Shown: positions 9,490 through 18,672 of the stretch, in pieces
Position numbering within the stretch: the stretch's first letter is position 1
Layout: each line of letters starts with the position of its first letter
Assembly (NCBI GenBank): GCA_964503335.1
Contig: CAZCZZ010000003.1
Span: forward strand, 41,384 to 105,383
Direction of reading: 5' to 3'
Length of the DNA stretch: 64,000 nt
DNA from: an uncultured Verrucomicrobiota bacterium
Lineage (GTDB): Bacteria > Verrucomicrobiota > Kiritimatiellia > CAIVKH01
Program-made: the position numbers and the translations under genes
The notes under the pieces: model-generated
Seen by the model: only the letters and a program-made list of their open reading frames with translations
Told to the model about the DNA's origin: nothing
Databases searched by the model: none

Positions 9490-10716
9490 TTACCGTCCAA
9501 GCAACTTCCGGATCAGCGCGCCGATCGGCGTCTGGGGTTCATCCCTTTGCGCTGTACGTACCGCGTAGCGAAGCATGCCGATCGGTGCCGCATACTGGGC
9601 GCCTTCCGCGCCAAGGGTAAGGCCGCTGATATCACGCGGCTTGCCCAGCTCGCAGGGCAAGCCGAACGTCTTTTCACAGAGGACCGTCATCCCCTTGAGG
9701 TACGCTCCGCCTCCGGTCAGCACGATACCGGAGCCAAGGTGATGCAGCAGGTCGCGTTTTCCGGTCTGCTCAATCTGCTGGCGCACCATGTTCAGGATTT
9801 CTTCCGCGCGGTAGCTCGTGATGGTCTGCACATCACCGAGCCGAACCATGCGCCGGAGGGATCCGGTTTCGCCCAGCAACTCGATCTTCTGTCCCCGCGC
9901 TGCGGCGTCGAGGATGGCCGCCCCGTATTGCTCCTTCAGCGTCTCAGCTTGCGGCTGCGGTATCCGCAAGCCGCGCGCGAGGTCGTTTGTGACGTGATCA
10001 CCGCCAACGCCAAGGCAACCCGCCGCGGCGATTGCCCCGCCTGCGTATGCCAGATAGCTGACCGTGCCTCCGCCGAGGTCGATCACGAGGACGCCGTTTT
10101 CCTTCTGCTCAGGATCCAGGACGGCAAGACCGGAGCACAGGCCCGTAAAGGAGACATCGCGAACATCGACCGATACGCTGCTCGCCACGCGCACAAGGTT
10201 CTTCATCCGCGCACGAACGCCGTGCAGGATGAGCATGTCGAGCGAAAGGCGTGAGCCTTCGAGGCCGATCGGATTCACCACGCCGGCCTGGTCATCGACG
10301 TAATAGTGCTGGCAGATCGTGTGCAGGATGGCGCGGTCCGACGGCAGGTTGACCGTGCGCGCCGTGCTCATCACGTGGTCCATGTCCTCGCGGGCAATCT
10401 CGTGCGGCTCGTGGAGGATCGGAATGCTGCCGCGGTTCACCGTGCTCTGGAGATGACCACCCGAAACGAGAAGGTACACCTCGCTGATGGTCGTATTGCT
10501 GTTCTCCTCCGCGTTCTGGAGCGCGATTCGCACGCTGGCGACGGCATTTTCGAAATCGACAATCTCGCTTTTGCGGATGCCGCGCGAGGCACATTCGCCG
10601 AGGCCGGTGATAAAGAGGTGATTGTCGTCACGCGGCCGCGCCACCAGCGCCCTGACCTTCGTTGTGCCGATTTCCAGCGCGACGACGGGTTCGTCGTCCA
10701 TGTGTCGTTGGATCAT
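9490..10716 (-). CDS. ftsA: Cell division protein FtsA (actin-like ATPase).
   Basis: VALEIGTTKVRALVA N-terminus and DLGGGTVSYLAYAGG phosphate-binding motif. Its stop overlaps the ftsZ start. An alternative start lies at 10701. Confidence 0.85.
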   Translation of the reverse strand: MIQRHMDDEPVVALEIGTTKVRALVARPRDDNHLFITGLGECASRGIRKSEIVDFENAVASVRIALQNAEENSNTTISEVYLLVSGGHLQSTVNRGSIPILHEPHEIAREDMDHVMSTARTVNLPSDRAILHTICQHYYVDDQAGVVNPIGLEGSRLSLDMLILHGVRARMKNLVRVASSVSVDVRDVSFTGLCSGLAVLDPEQKENGVLVIDLGGGTVSYLAYAGGAIAAAGCLGVGGDHVTNDLARGLRIPQPQAETLKEQYGAAILDAAARGQKIELLGETGSLRRMVRLGDVQTITSYRAEEILNMVRQQIEQTGKRDLLHHLGSGIVLTGGGAYLKGMTVLCEKTFGLPCELGKPRDISGLTLGAEGAQYAAPIGMLRYAVRTAQRDEPQTPIGALIRKLLGR

Positions 10717-10728
10717 GGGAAGGATCTT

Positions 10729-11586
10729 CTACTGAACGGGAAAGTTTCGATCAACCGTGAGGTCCGCCACGGCCCAGGTCGTGCCCGAGTCGCGACGCTG
10801 TCGCGCGATCTCGGCAAGGGCCTCCAGCTTCACCCTCAAATTCTCTCGCGAGATCAGCGCGCGCTGTCCCGTGGAAAGCCGTGCCTCGATATACTCGGGA
10901 TGCGAAACATCGAGCGTCGCGAACTGGTAGATCTGCCCGATGCCGGGGCTCTGCGTAATCTCGATCGCCAGCAAGGCGTCGCCAACGGCGGGGTCCTTGA
11001 TCTGGCTGCCCGGTGACAAGCCCTTCTCGCGGATCCCGCTGATCGCAGGAAGCACCGTCGTGCGGGAAGCCACACCCAGGATGTAACCCTCGCGATCCAC
11101 CGAAAGATCCGCGGGCCAGTCCGGCTGCTTGATGCGCGCAATCGCGCTGCGCTCCGTCACACGTACCACCAGCGTGTCGGGCAGCTTCCGCCGCACCTCG
11201 GCATGCCGGACCAGCGGCACGCTCTCCAGGTCAGACCGGACCTGGTTGATATCGACAGCGAAAAGATTCAGGCCCTCGCTGAGCCGCGCGTACTCGCGGA
11301 TGTTCGAGGGCTGCAGGCGGCCGTTTGACTCGATGTCGAGATGCCTGATTTGGAAATACTCGTTCTCGGCGAACATCCAATTGTTCATCGCGTTCACGCC
11401 GACCATGCCGGCCCAGACGACGCCGGCGAGAGCGATGATGAGAAGGGCAATGGCCCCCAGCTTGTGGGCACGATCGCGGCCCGCTCCGGCAGAGCGAGCC
11501 TGTACGCGGAGGATTTCCTGACGGTCATGCGCGCGATACGCCTTGCGTCGTTTACCGGACATGGACTCGTCGTCTCGAAACCACAT
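10729..11586 (-). CDS. ftsQ: Cell division protein FtsQ/DivIB-like (POTRA domain). Start uncertain among 11610 (GTG), 11586 and 11562.
   Basis: Basic N-terminus, one TM helix (LGAIALLIIALAGVVWAG), then a periplasmic domain. Its position between ddl and ftsA matches the conserved division/cell-wall cluster order. Confidence 0.6.
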   Translation of the reverse strand: MWFRDDESMSGKRRKAYRAHDRQEILRVQARSAGAGRDRAHKLGAIALLIIALAGVVWAGMVGVNAMNNWMFAENEYFQIRHLDIESNGRLQPSNIREYARLSEGLNLFAVDINQVRSDLESVPLVRHAEVRRKLPDTLVVRVTERSAIARIKQPDWPADLSVDREGYILGVASRTTVLPAISGIREKGLSPGSQIKDPAVGDALLAIEITQSPGIGQIYQFATLDVSHPEYIEARLSTGQRALISRENLRVKLEALAEIARQRRDSGTTWAVADLTVDRNFPVQ

Positions 11587-11640
11587 GATCGAAGCAATCC
11601 TCCCCGCCACGGATTGTGTGCCGTGAAAGCACTTCGTCTA

Positions 11641-12552
11641 TCACACGCGTGCGTCGAGTCCAGCAAGATTTAGGATCATCTCACAAAGTTGCGGAAACTC
11701 GATGCCTGCCGCACGCGCGGCTTTCGGCAAAAGACTTGTCTCCGTGAACCCCGGAATCGTGTTGATCTCCAGCACAAACGGCTCACCGTCATCGGTCAGC
11801 CGGATATCCACGCGCCCCATCCCGCGACAGCCCAGGACCTCAAACGTGGCCCACGCGATCTCCTGGCAAAGCCTGGTCTCTTCGGGCGTCAGCGGCGCCG
11901 GCACGAGATACTCGGTCATGCCCTTCGTATATTTGGCTGTGTAACTATAGGAGCCGTCCGGGGCCCTGATCTCAATCACGGGAAGCACCTGGTTCCCCAC
12001 CACACCCACCGTCAACTCCCGTCCTTCGATGTACGCTTCAACGAGCGCCTCGTCGTTCAAGGCCAGCGCTGTCTCCAGTGCGGCAGGCCATTCTTCTTCC
12101 TTCGTGACTTTGCTGACGCCGACGCTCGAACCCTCGCGCGGCGGCTTCACGACCACTGGAAGCGATAGCGTGCGGGGTTCCCCCGCCTTCAAGACCTCGT
12201 AGCGTGCCGTCGGTATCCCATGCTTCTCAAAGAGCCGTTTGCTTGCCACCTTGTCAAAGGCCGTCCGGCTTCCCTCCACGCCGGAACCCGTGTACGGAAC
12301 GCCTCGCTCCTCCAGGATCTGCTGCAGTTCCCCGTCCTCCCCGAATGTGCCATGCAACGCAATGAACACGGCGTCGGTCTCCGTCGGTAGATCAAGCGTG
12401 CGCGAGGTCATATCCACTTCCGTGACGCTATACCCGATGGACCGGAGCCCGTTCGCTATGGCCGCGCCGGATCGCAGCGACACCTCGCGCTCCGAAGACG
12501 GCCCACCCTTCAACACCACCACCCGCTCAAACTTCTTTTGCATATGCGTCAT
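11641..12552 (-). CDS. ddl: D-alanine--D-alanine ligase.
   Basis: ATP-grasp protein whose N-terminus (VVVLKGGPSSEREVSLRSG) matches Ddl. Shares an ATGA overlap with the murC stop. Confidence 0.85.
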   Translation of the reverse strand: MTHMQKKFERVVVLKGGPSSEREVSLRSGAAIANGLRSIGYSVTEVDMTSRTLDLPTETDAVFIALHGTFGEDGELQQILEERGVPYTGSGVEGSRTAFDKVASKRLFEKHGIPTARYEVLKAGEPRTLSLPVVVKPPREGSSVGVSKVTKEEEWPAALETALALNDEALVEAYIEGRELTVGVVGNQVLPVIEIRAPDGSYSYTAKYTKGMTEYLVPAPLTPEETRLCQEIAWATFEVLGCRGMGRVDIRLTDDGEPFVLEINTIPGFTETSLLPKAARAAGIEFPQLCEMILNLAGLDARV

Positions 12553-13988
12553 CCCGAAAAAAGAGTTCCACTCGTCAAGGCAGCCTTTGCCCGGAAAGCC
12601 AGCTTCTCGACATCACCGGCGCCGACAATCAAAAGGACATCACCCGGCTCAACGGTAGACCTGATCCAATCCCATGCCTCGTCCAGCGAGTCCGCATACC
12701 GTGCGGGCGTCTCGCCAGCGCGTTCGAAGTATTTCATCAGGTCACGCGACGTTCCACCCTTTATCTCGGGTTCCGATGCGGCATAGACCGGCACAAGGAG
12801 GAGTTCCTGTACGCCGCGGAAAGAACGCGCAAAGGCATCGCCCAGCGCCAGTGTTCGAGAATATCGGTGGGGCTGAAATACGGCCACGAGCCGACGCCCG
12901 AGCAGGACGGCTTGTGTCATCAGGGCGCGGATCTCTGTGGGATGATGGGCGTAGTCGGAAATCACGAGTACACCGAACTGCTCCGCGATCTTCTCGAAGC
13001 GTCGCCTCGCGTTGGAGAATGACGCCAGGGCCGCGGCCATGGCATCGAACCGCAGTCCCAACTCCGTACCCACGACGAGCGCGGCAAGCGCATTGAGCAC
13101 GTTGTGACGGCCGGGCACAGGCAAGGAGACGGACCCCAGCACCGCGCCGCGGAACTGGACTTCAAACCGAATGCCCCCGGCATCCTCACTCCGGACCACT
13201 CCTCGCATATCGGATCGTTCGTCCATTCCGAACGTAAGCGCATGGTGAAGGCGGCGCGATAACGCAAAGGATTCCGGGTCATCCGCCCCGCAGATCACGC
13301 GGCGTCGCGTCTGGCCCGCGAACGTCGCAAAGCAATCGCGGAGCGCCTGCATGTCCCGGAAATAGTCGACATGGTCCAATTCCATGTTGGTGATGACGGC
13401 GATTTCCGGCTCGTACAGCGCCAGCGTGCCGTCGCTTTCGTCCGCTTCCACGACAAAGGCACGGTCCTTTCCAGCGACAGAAACGCCGCCCAAGGCGTCC
13501 GCTTCTCCGCCTACCGCGTAGGATGCATCGACACCGCACGTCCTCAGGAGGTGCGCGATCATCGTTGTCGTGGTGGTCTTGCCGTGGGTTCCGGACACGG
13601 CGACGGCATTTGCATCCCGTAACAAGGCAGGCAGGACCACGCCGCGACGAAAGACCCTGAGCCCCCGCCCCATCGCGGCCTTCACCTCCGGCTCATCGTT
13701 GCGAACCGCGGGACTTCGGACACACCAGGCCACGTCAGCGGCGAGATGGCTCGCATCGTGGCCGACAGCGACCGGAATCCCGCGCTCTCCGAGCCAATGG
13801 GTCACGCTCCCGAGCGTGGCGTCGCAGCCGGACACTTTGAAACCGCGACCCTGGAGGTGCACCGCGACACCGGCCATGCCGACACCGCCGATGCCAAGCA
13901 TGTGGATATGTCCATTGCGGGCTGACAGCAGGGCGTGGACCTCGCCCACCTCGGCGCGAAGCACCGCCAGATCAGACGACCCCTGCAT
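12549..13988 (-). CDS. murC: UDP-N-acetylmuramate--L-alanine ligase.
   Basis: HIHMLGIGGVGMAGVAVHL and SGTHGKTTTT Mur-ligase motifs. The ORF track extends to 14123. The ATG at 13988 overlaps the murG stop. Confidence 0.8.
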   Translation of the reverse strand: MQGSSDLAVLRAEVGEVHALLSARNGHIHMLGIGGVGMAGVAVHLQGRGFKVSGCDATLGSVTHWLGERGIPVAVGHDASHLAADVAWCVRSPAVRNDEPEVKAAMGRGLRVFRRGVVLPALLRDANAVAVSGTHGKTTTTTMIAHLLRTCGVDASYAVGGEADALGGVSVAGKDRAFVVEADESDGTLALYEPEIAVITNMELDHVDYFRDMQALRDCFATFAGQTRRRVICGADDPESFALSRRLHHALTFGMDERSDMRGVVRSEDAGGIRFEVQFRGAVLGSVSLPVPGRHNVLNALAALVVGTELGLRFDAMAAALASFSNARRRFEKIAEQFGVLVISDYAHHPTEIRALMTQAVLLGRRLVAVFQPHRYSRTLALGDAFARSFRGVQELLLVPVYAASEPEIKGGTSRDLMKYFERAGETPARYADSLDEAWDWIRSTVEPGDVLLIVGAGDVEKLAFRAKAALTSGTLFSG

Positions 13989-15072
13989 AGTGCTCCGCCC
14001 CTGTCTTCTCAACGAGCTCCGCCAAGGCATCCGCACCGCTCTTCGTGGCCCGCGCCCTGGCTGCGTCATGCAACCGCTGCAGTCGCGCACCAGAACGTGC
14101 ACTATTGGCGAGGTAACCGACAAGCCACTCAGCGTTCAAGTCGCGCTCCGGTATCACATCGGCCGCGCCGACTTTCTCCATCGCGCGGGCATTCAGCATC
14201 TGGTGATTGCGGACGGCAGACGGATACGGAACGAGAAGCGATGGAATTCCGAACGCCGACAGCTCGGCGCAGGTTGCCGCCCCCGCCCGGCAAATCGCTA
14301 CATCGGTTGTTTCGTAAACGGAGGCCATGTCATGCACAAAGCTAAACACCTCGTGCGGTACGCCAGCTTCGGAATAGACCTGCCGGACGTGGTCCACATC
14401 CCTGGTGCCCGCCAGGTGCTTCACCTTCAGGAGATGCCCGCGACGATGCGCCTCGCACACAGCCTTTGTGACGATCTCGTTCAATGCGTGGGCACCACGG
14501 CTACCGCCCATGACGAGGAGTGAAAGTGCGGGATCACGCGACGGATCCCATTGATGCTTCATCGCGCGTTCCTCGAGATCTCGGCGCAGGGGCATCCCGG
14601 TCAGTTCGATTCGGCGTCCGCGAAGGTAGAAGCGCGACTCATCGAAGCACACGCCCGTCGCCGCGGCCCAACGCGAGAACAGCGAGACGGCTCTTCCAGG
14701 AATTGCGTTCGATTCATGCAGGACGAACGGAATCTTCAGCTTCATCGCGGCGGAGACCGGCCCCACGGACGCATAGCTTCCCATCGCGAGCAGCACGTCC
14801 GGATTCTCCTTCCGCATGATCGCACGGCAGGCGCGGGATGCCTGGATCATGGAATACGTCGACGAAATCACCTTGATGCCCAGCCCTGTGGGCAGTCCTT
14901 GGGAGCGCACGGTGATGACAGGGCCTGACCAGCCCTTTACGGCCGACGCCTCAACGTCCTTGCCGGCCAGCCAGAGCGTCACGTCATGGCCGCGGCGAAC
15001 CAGGGCTTCTGCGGTGGCCAGCCCGGGGAAGATGTGTCCGCCGGTTCCACCACATGCGAGGGCGATCTTCAT
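13972..15072 (-). CDS. murG: Undecaprenyldiphospho-muramoylpentapeptide beta-N-acetylglucosaminyltransferase.
   Basis: MKIALACGGTGGHIFPGLA N-terminus and GT28 fold. Sits in the conserved cluster position. Confidence 0.85.
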   Translation of the reverse strand: MKIALACGGTGGHIFPGLATAEALVRRGHDVTLWLAGKDVEASAVKGWSGPVITVRSQGLPTGLGIKVISSTYSMIQASRACRAIMRKENPDVLLAMGSYASVGPVSAAMKLKIPFVLHESNAIPGRAVSLFSRWAAATGVCFDESRFYLRGRRIELTGMPLRRDLEERAMKHQWDPSRDPALSLLVMGGSRGAHALNEIVTKAVCEAHRRGHLLKVKHLAGTRDVDHVRQVYSEAGVPHEVFSFVHDMASVYETTDVAICRAGAATCAELSAFGIPSLLVPYPSAVRNHQMLNARAMEKVGAADVIPERDLNAEWLVGYLANSARSGARLQRLHDAARARATKSGADALAELVEKTGAEHYAGVV

Positions 15073-15099
15073 GGAGTTGCCTGCGGAAAGGCCATGGCA

Positions 15100-15639
15100 T
15101 CACATGATCGCGCGGAAAAGCATGAAGCCGATCAACAGGACGACGACGGCCATGATGATCGCCTTGTTTCGCTGGATCTTGCGCTCATGGGTCAGCGGGC
15201 GCGATTTTCCGAAGCTGCCGCTCGACAGGTAACTGGCGAAGCGCTCGGTGTTGGGAACAACGCGACGTTTCGTATCAACGGACAGTGGCCGCTGCGTCTC
15301 TGCTACCGTTCCCAACTCTTCGGGCGCAAACAGTTCGCCCGTCGGCGGCGGCGTGCGGTTTGTCCTGCCGGCAAACGTCTTCTCCAAGGCGCGGCGCGCG
15401 CTGTCGGTCGAAGCGGTCACATCACGACTCGCCGTCGCAGGCGTCGACTGAACTGCCGGCGGAGCGTCCGATGTCTTCGGCGCGTCATACGCTGACGACA
15501 CCAGCGTGGGCATTTCACCGGCGCCGGGCTTCTTCAGGACGCGCTGCAGGCTGCGAATATCCTTCTCGATCAGCGACGACTGCTCCTGCAGCTCGCGAAG
15601 CCTGCGCTCGTACAGCGGGTTCTTCTTGTTTTCCGGCAT
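15100..15639 (-). CDS. Hypothetical tail-anchored coiled-coil protein (N-terminal coiled coil, Pro/Thr/Ser-rich linker, single C-terminal TM helix).
   Basis: 179 aa. C-terminus AIIMAVVVLLIGFMLF. Located immediately upstream of murG on the same strand. No recognisable family. Confidence 0.5.
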   Translation of the reverse strand: MPENKKNPLYERRLRELQEQSSLIEKDIRSLQRVLKKPGAGEMPTLVSSAYDAPKTSDAPPAVQSTPATASRDVTASTDSARRALEKTFAGRTNRTPPPTGELFAPEELGTVAETQRPLSVDTKRRVVPNTERFASYLSSGSFGKSRPLTHERKIQRNKAIIMAVVVLLIGFMLFRAIM

Positions 15640-15654
15640 GCTTCTCCGTGCTCG

Positions 15655-16416
15655 CTAGATCAGGGCATTCACGTGCGCGACGTAGTACACGATCGCGATA
15701 AGGAGCAAGGTGATTACCAGCGGGAGCGTCACGCCAACACCAACCTTCAGCCAGTAGCCGAACGTCTTCTCGGACTCGTGCGCGTAGCCGTGATCTTCAA
15801 ACATAACCGTCGGGGCGGCGGCGCCGGACGGCGGGGCCGTCTTCGTCTCGCCTTTCACGGCTTCGATCTTGGCGAGCGACTTGTTGTACTCCATCCGCGT
15901 CTCTTCGATGATGCCGAGGCTGCGGACGAGGTTGTCGCGAATCTCCTCCTCGGGCCACTCATCTTCCTTGATCTCATCGATATCGGACAGCATCGACTTG
16001 AACCGCTTACGCGTGGAGCTGAGCATCTCGACCATGCGCTGGCTTTCGACTTCCTGGCGTTCCAGGGTCACAAGGCTGCGCTTCAGGTGTTCGACGATCT
16101 CACGCTTGCCGCGCTCGTAATCCTCGTGCTTCCGCTGCAGCTCTTCGAACTGGCGCTTCTCCTGCTCAAGCTGCTCCTGGCGCTTCTTCAGGCGGTCGAG
16201 TTCCTGCTGGGCCGCCGTGGTCTGCTCGGACGCCTCGGCTTTGTGTTTCGCCATGCGGGTCAGGTTGAAGTCCGACACGGGGCGGACAGGCACTTCGTCA
16301 CGCGCGCCCTGCTCGCCGAGCGTTTCCACCGGCTCGTCACCGGGAGCCATGCGAAGCCGCTTCGCATTGTCGCGCTGCCGCACCAGGTCATCGTCAAAGA
16401 AATCCGTACCGGACAT
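15655..16416 (-). CDS. Hypothetical tail-anchored coiled-coil protein (long charged heptad region, single C-terminal TM helix).
   Basis: 253 aa. E/K/R/Q-rich coiled coil. C-terminus VTLPLVITLLLIAIVYYVA. AGGAGG Shine-Dalgarno before the ATG at 16416. Confidence 0.5.
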   Translation of the reverse strand: MSGTDFFDDDLVRQRDNAKRLRMAPGDEPVETLGEQGARDEVPVRPVSDFNLTRMAKHKAEASEQTTAAQQELDRLKKRQEQLEQEKRQFEELQRKHEDYERGKREIVEHLKRSLVTLERQEVESQRMVEMLSSTRKRFKSMLSDIDEIKEDEWPEEEIRDNLVRSLGIIEETRMEYNKSLAKIEAVKGETKTAPPSGAAAPTVMFEDHGYAHESEKTFGYWLKVGVGVTLPLVITLLLIAIVYYVAHVNALI

Positions 16417-16434
16417 ATCAACCTCCTGTAATCG

Positions 16435-17178
16435 CTACGTCGAGGGAATGGTCAACGTCTGTCCCACTTTCAAACTTTGTGGGGTCGTCAGAATACCTCG
16501 ATTGGCCTTGTAAATCACTTCCCATTTTGACGCGTCGCCATAGACACGCGTGGCGACACGCGACAGCGTGTCGCCCGCCTGAACCACGTAGGTCTTCACA
16601 AGCACGGGCTCGGCAGGCTTCGGCGGCGGAAGCGTCGTATCGCGCTCGACGGCCGTTGTGGCGGGAGGCGCTGCCTGGGCCGAGGTTGCCGGAGGCACAG
16701 GCGGCGACACGGCGCGGGTTGCCTGCTGGTTCGTGAGCTGCTGCTGCAGCGTCTCGACTTCACGCTTCAGCAATGCGATCTGCTGCACGGCTTCGTTGGG
16801 ACGGTCCGGAAGCGACGCCGCAAAGGAGAGCCGCGCGTGCTGGATCAAGTCCTTGACGAGGGTCGCCTTCTCCGCCGTCGGCCTCATCTCAAGGTATCGC
16901 TGGTAGTGATAGATGGCCCGCACGTAGTCTTCCTTGTGCTCATCATAGATGAAACCAAGTTCGAGGTGGGCCATGGCAAGGCCGGGCTTCCGCTCCAGGG
17001 CCTTGTTGTAGAGCTCAATCGCGGCGTCGTAGTCCGTCTCGCGCAGGCGCTCCTGCGCCTTGCGATATATGGGGTCGCGCTCGTCCCGGTTGTCGAGCGC
17101 TCCGGCGCCGCCGCAGCCCGCCATCGTTCCGAGGGCGGCTGCACAGACGGTCAGGGCAAGAAAATGTTTGCAACGCAT
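16435..17178 (-). CDS. Lipoprotein with TPR repeats and a C-terminal LysM peptidoglycan-binding domain.
   Basis: Lipobox LGTMAGC. TPR-like AIELYNKALERKP...YHYQRYLEMRP. LysM motif YVVQAGDTLSRVATRVYGD...VGQTLTIP. ATG at 17178; the ORF track's 17187 is a TTG. Confidence 0.7.
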   Translation of the reverse strand: MRCKHFLALTVCAAALGTMAGCGGAGALDNRDERDPIYRKAQERLRETDYDAAIELYNKALERKPGLAMAHLELGFIYDEHKEDYVRAIYHYQRYLEMRPTAEKATLVKDLIQHARLSFAASLPDRPNEAVQQIALLKREVETLQQQLTNQQATRAVSPPVPPATSAQAAPPATTAVERDTTLPPPKPAEPVLVKTYVVQAGDTLSRVATRVYGDASKWEVIYKANRGILTTPQSLKVGQTLTIPST

Positions 17179-17209
17179 GCGTTCCAAGTATCACGCGACC
17201 GAGGACGCG

Positions 17210-17920
17210 TCAATCTTGGCCGAGCCCTTTCGGTGTCCTCGTCAGGAAGGAAAGAACCTTCCCCATGAGGCCGTTGATGGTGTTGTACTTATGCATGGAG
17301 GCGGAAAGGATGTCCGGCCCGGCCTGCACGTAAGTGTCCGGCACAAGTTCATGCCCGCAATGGCGCACAAGATCCGCGGCGGTTTGAGGCGTCGTTTCAA
17401 GGTGAAACTGAAGGCCGATGGCCGTGCCGCCAAGCTGGAAGGCCTGGTTCCGGCAGGCATCGTTTTCGGCCAGCAGAATTGCCCCATCGGGAAGGTCAAA
17501 GGTCTCACCATGCCAGTGGAAGACTTCAACGGATTCCGGGAAGGTGAATACGTCGCGGGAAGACGCATGAAGCCCGCGTACGGGAAACCAGCCGATCTCC
17601 TTCTTCACATTCGGATACACGCGCGCACCCATGGCGCTGGCGATGAGTTGGGCGCCAAGGCACACCCCAAGGACGGGCGTCCCTGCTTCAATGGCCTGCC
17701 GCACGAACCGCTTCTCGTCCACAAGCCAGGGCAACTCGACTTCGTCGTTCACGCTCATGGGACCGCCCATCGCGATCACGAGATCAACGTCGCGAAGTTC
17801 AGGAAGTTGCGGCCATTCAAAGAAGCGCGTGGCGGTGATGGTGTAACCGGCCTCCATCAGCCACGGGATCATGCTGCCCGGACCCTCGAAAGGCACATGT
17901 TGAAGGACGTGCGCTCTCAC
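17210..17920 (-). CDS. Class I (type 1) glutamine amidotransferase-like protein.
   Basis: VLQHVPFEGPG N-terminus, GVCLGAQL catalytic Cys motif and HWHGETF. Probably GTG-initiated. Its stop overlaps the kdsB start region. Confidence 0.7.
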   Translation of the reverse strand: MRAHVLQHVPFEGPGSMIPWLMEAGYTITATRFFEWPQLPELRDVDLVIAMGGPMSVNDEVELPWLVDEKRFVRQAIEAGTPVLGVCLGAQLIASAMGARVYPNVKKEIGWFPVRGLHASSRDVFTFPESVEVFHWHGETFDLPDGAILLAENDACRNQAFQLGGTAIGLQFHLETTPQTAADLVRHCGHELVPDTYVQAGPDILSASMHKYNTINGLMGKVLSFLTRTPKGLGQD

Positions 17921-18666
17921 GGTCCGACAAGGCCCGCGGCGCGGAGAGCAGCTTCCGCCTTGGGCACGTCATCCGGTGTATCGACGCCAAGCCCGAAATC
18001 CTTCGTCTGCGCCACGAACATGCGCGCACCCAGATAGAGGGCGCGGAGCTGCTCAAGCTTCTCCGCTTCTTCCAGCGGACACGGCGGCGTCTTCACCAGC
18101 GTGCGGAGGAAGGAGGCCCGGTAGGCATAAATGCCGATATGGCGCCAGTGCAGTCCACTCGCGTTCGCTCCCGGATCCCGCACGTGTGGAATCAACGAAC
18201 GCGAGAAGTACATCGCGCGACCGGATTGATCCCATACCACTTTGACGACCGCGGGATTCGCGAGGTCCTTCGGATCAGAAAGCGGCGTTGCCGCCGTGGC
18301 CATGTCCCACGACATGTCGCTCTTCATCTTCCTGCCGAGCGAATCGATCAGAGCGGGATCAATCAACGGCTCATCGCCCTGCACATTGATAACGACATCG
18401 GCGGGTACCTGCCCCAAGGCCTCGGCGATGCGATCGGTCCCCGTCGGATGATCCGACCGCGTCATCACCGCCTTGCCCCCGAATCCCTGAACGACAGACC
18501 GTATGCGTTCGTCATCGGTCGCCACGACCAGGTCGTCCAACACCGTTGCCTTGCGCGCCCGCTCATAGACCCACTGAATCAGCGGCTTGCCGCAGAGCGT
18601 GATGAGACTTTTCCCGGGAAGCCGCGTGGACCCGTATCGCGCTGGAATAATGCCGATGATGGACAT
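17917..18666 (-). CDS. kdsB: 3-deoxy-manno-octulosonate cytidylyltransferase (CMP-Kdo synthetase).
   Basis: IIPARYGSTRLPGKSL N-terminus, VINVQGDEP and other KdsB hallmarks. 249 aa. Confidence 0.85.
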   Translation of the reverse strand: MSIIGIIPARYGSTRLPGKSLITLCGKPLIQWVYERARKATVLDDLVVATDDERIRSVVQGFGGKAVMTRSDHPTGTDRIAEALGQVPADVVINVQGDEPLIDPALIDSLGRKMKSDMSWDMATAATPLSDPKDLANPAVVKVVWDQSGRAMYFSRSLIPHVRDPGANASGLHWRHIGIYAYRASFLRTLVKTPPCPLEEAEKLEQLRALYLGARMFVAQTKDFGLGVDTPDDVPKAEAALRAAGLVGP

Positions 18667-18672
18667 GGTGAC

